This document shows positions 51,719 to 52,698 of a stretch of 52,698 bases of DNA, piece after piece. Below the pieces are notes generated by a model that was not told where the DNA came from, did no database searches, and saw nothing but the letters and a program-made list of their open reading frames with translations. Each line of letters begins with the position of its first letter. The first letter of the stretch is position 1. Source of the DNA: Phycisphaerales bacterium (GTDB lineage: Bacteria; Planctomycetota; Phycisphaerae; Phycisphaerales; UBA1924); NCBI GenBank assembly GCA_044375915.1, contig JBILLU010000001.1, forward strand, positions 1-52,698. Direction: 5' to 3'. A program made the translations under genes and the position numbers.

Positions 51719-52698
51719 ATGGCAGGTGCAAAGCTTCTCACGGGCAACGCGGTCGTCGGTCAATCCGGCGGCCCCACCGCGGTCATTAACCAGTCGCTCG
51801 TCGGCGTCGTCGAGGGCGTTCGCTCCGGCCTCATGGCCACGGGCAACGTTCAGAAGATCCTCGGCATGCGTCACGGCGTCAACGGCCTGACCAAGGGCGA
51901 CCTCGTCGATCTGTCCGAGATCCCGCAGGATCGCCTTGAGCGCATCGCGAACACACCGTCGGCCGCCCTCGGCTCTTCGCGCGACAAGCCCGACAAGGAC
52001 TACTGCGCCAAGATCCTCAAGGCGTGCGAAGAGCACAACATTCGCTACTTCTTCTACGCCGGCGGCAACGACAGCAGCGACACCTGCCGCATCGTCAACG
52101 AACTCGCCCGCGCCAGCGGCTACGAACTCCGCTGCTTCCACGTCCCCAAGACCGTCGACAACGACCTTCCCGTCAACGACCACACGCCCGGCTTCCCGAG
52201 CGCAGCTCGGTTTGTCGCCACCGCCTTCGCCGCCGACAATCTCGACAACCGCTCGCTGCCCGGCGTCAAGATCAACGTCATCATGGGCCGCCACGCCGGG
52301 TTCCTCACCGCCGCGAGCGCCTTGGCCCGCACGGTCTGCAACCGCGACGACGACGGCCCGCATCTTGTCTACGTCCCCGAGGTCGCCTTCGACACCGACC
52401 AATTCATCGCCGACGTCGAGAAGGTCTATTCCAAACTCGGCCGCTGCCAGATCGCCGTGAGCGAAGGCATCCAGGACGCCAAGGGCGAGGCGATCGGCGC
52501 CAAGCTCATCAAGAACGCCCAGACCGACAGCCACGGCAACGTCCAGCTCTCGGGCTCCGGCGCGCTCGGCGACCAGCTCTCCGATCTCATCAAGAGCAAG
52601 ATCAAGGGCAAGGACGGCAAGCCGCCCCGCGTTCGCGCCGACACCTTCGGCTACCTCCAGCGCTGTTGGCCCGACGCCAGCGTCGTCGACAAGCAGGA
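51719..52698 (+). CDS. 6-phosphofructokinase (probably PPi-dependent type), 3' truncated by window end
   Basis: Not in the ORF track because no stop is reached. ATG 51719 with GGAGG 8 nt upstream. AVVGQSGGPTAVIN, YFFYAGGNDS, VPKTVDNDL and VIMGRHAGFL are PFK-family motifs. Confidence 0.85.
   Translation, partial: MAGAKLLTGNAVVGQSGGPTAVINQSLVGVVEGVRSGLMATGNVQKILGMRHGVNGLTKGDLVDLSEIPQDRLERIANTPSAALGSSRDKPDKDYCAKILKACEEHNIRYFFYAGGNDSSDTCRIVNELARASGYELRCFHVPKTVDNDLPVNDHTPGFPSAARFVATAFAADNLDNRSLPGVKINVIMGRHAGFLTAASALARTVCNRDDDGPHLVYVPEVAFDTDQFIADVEKVYSKLGRCQIAVSEGIQDAKGEAIGAKLIKNAQTDSHGNVQLSGSGALGDQLSDLIKSKIKGKDGKPPRVRADTFGYLQRCWPDASVVDKQ

Overview
High-GC bacterial chromosomal window, roughly two-thirds G+C by eye. 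I infer with low certainty that it comes from a Planctomycetota/Phycisphaerae-like genome. That guess rests on many lipoproteins, a PEP-CTERM protein, dockerin-like C-terminal tags, scattered transporter genes and abundant intergenic hairpin repeats. I call 37 protein genes and find no rRNA, tRNA, CRISPR array, transposase or integrase. Housekeeping content: rpmI-rplT; a translationally coupled nusA-infB-DUF503-rbfA operon that lacks rimP and truB; yebC; recA; cinA; mutL; yhhQ; a NUDIX hydrolase; MlaF/MlaD-like genes; a 3'-truncated phosphofructokinase. Carbohydrate genes: a divergent GH31 alpha-glucosidase / GH13 alpha-amylase pair. The least ordinary stretch is 15.3-21.8 kb. It holds an uncharacterised three-gene envelope module, secreted proteins, three copies of a hairpin repeat, a 75-bp tandem repeat and a strongly low-GC orphan membrane gene. 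Other items worth a second look: (1) a HerA/FtsK-like ATPase next to a beta-CASP nuclease, separated by a ~270-bp MITE-like inverted repeat; (2) a promoter-plus-intrinsic-terminator unit inside the 516-nt nusA leader; (3) a near-identical C-rich element just upstream of two start codons, G-quadruplex-capable on the opposite strand; (4) an operon with three amidohydrolase modules, only one keeping the HxH metal site; (5) a possible pseudoknot leader before yhhQ. All coordinates, alignments and folds were done by hand. No database search was run, so family calls rest on recognised motifs only. I cannot point to one clearly novel system; the candidates are ranked by interest score.
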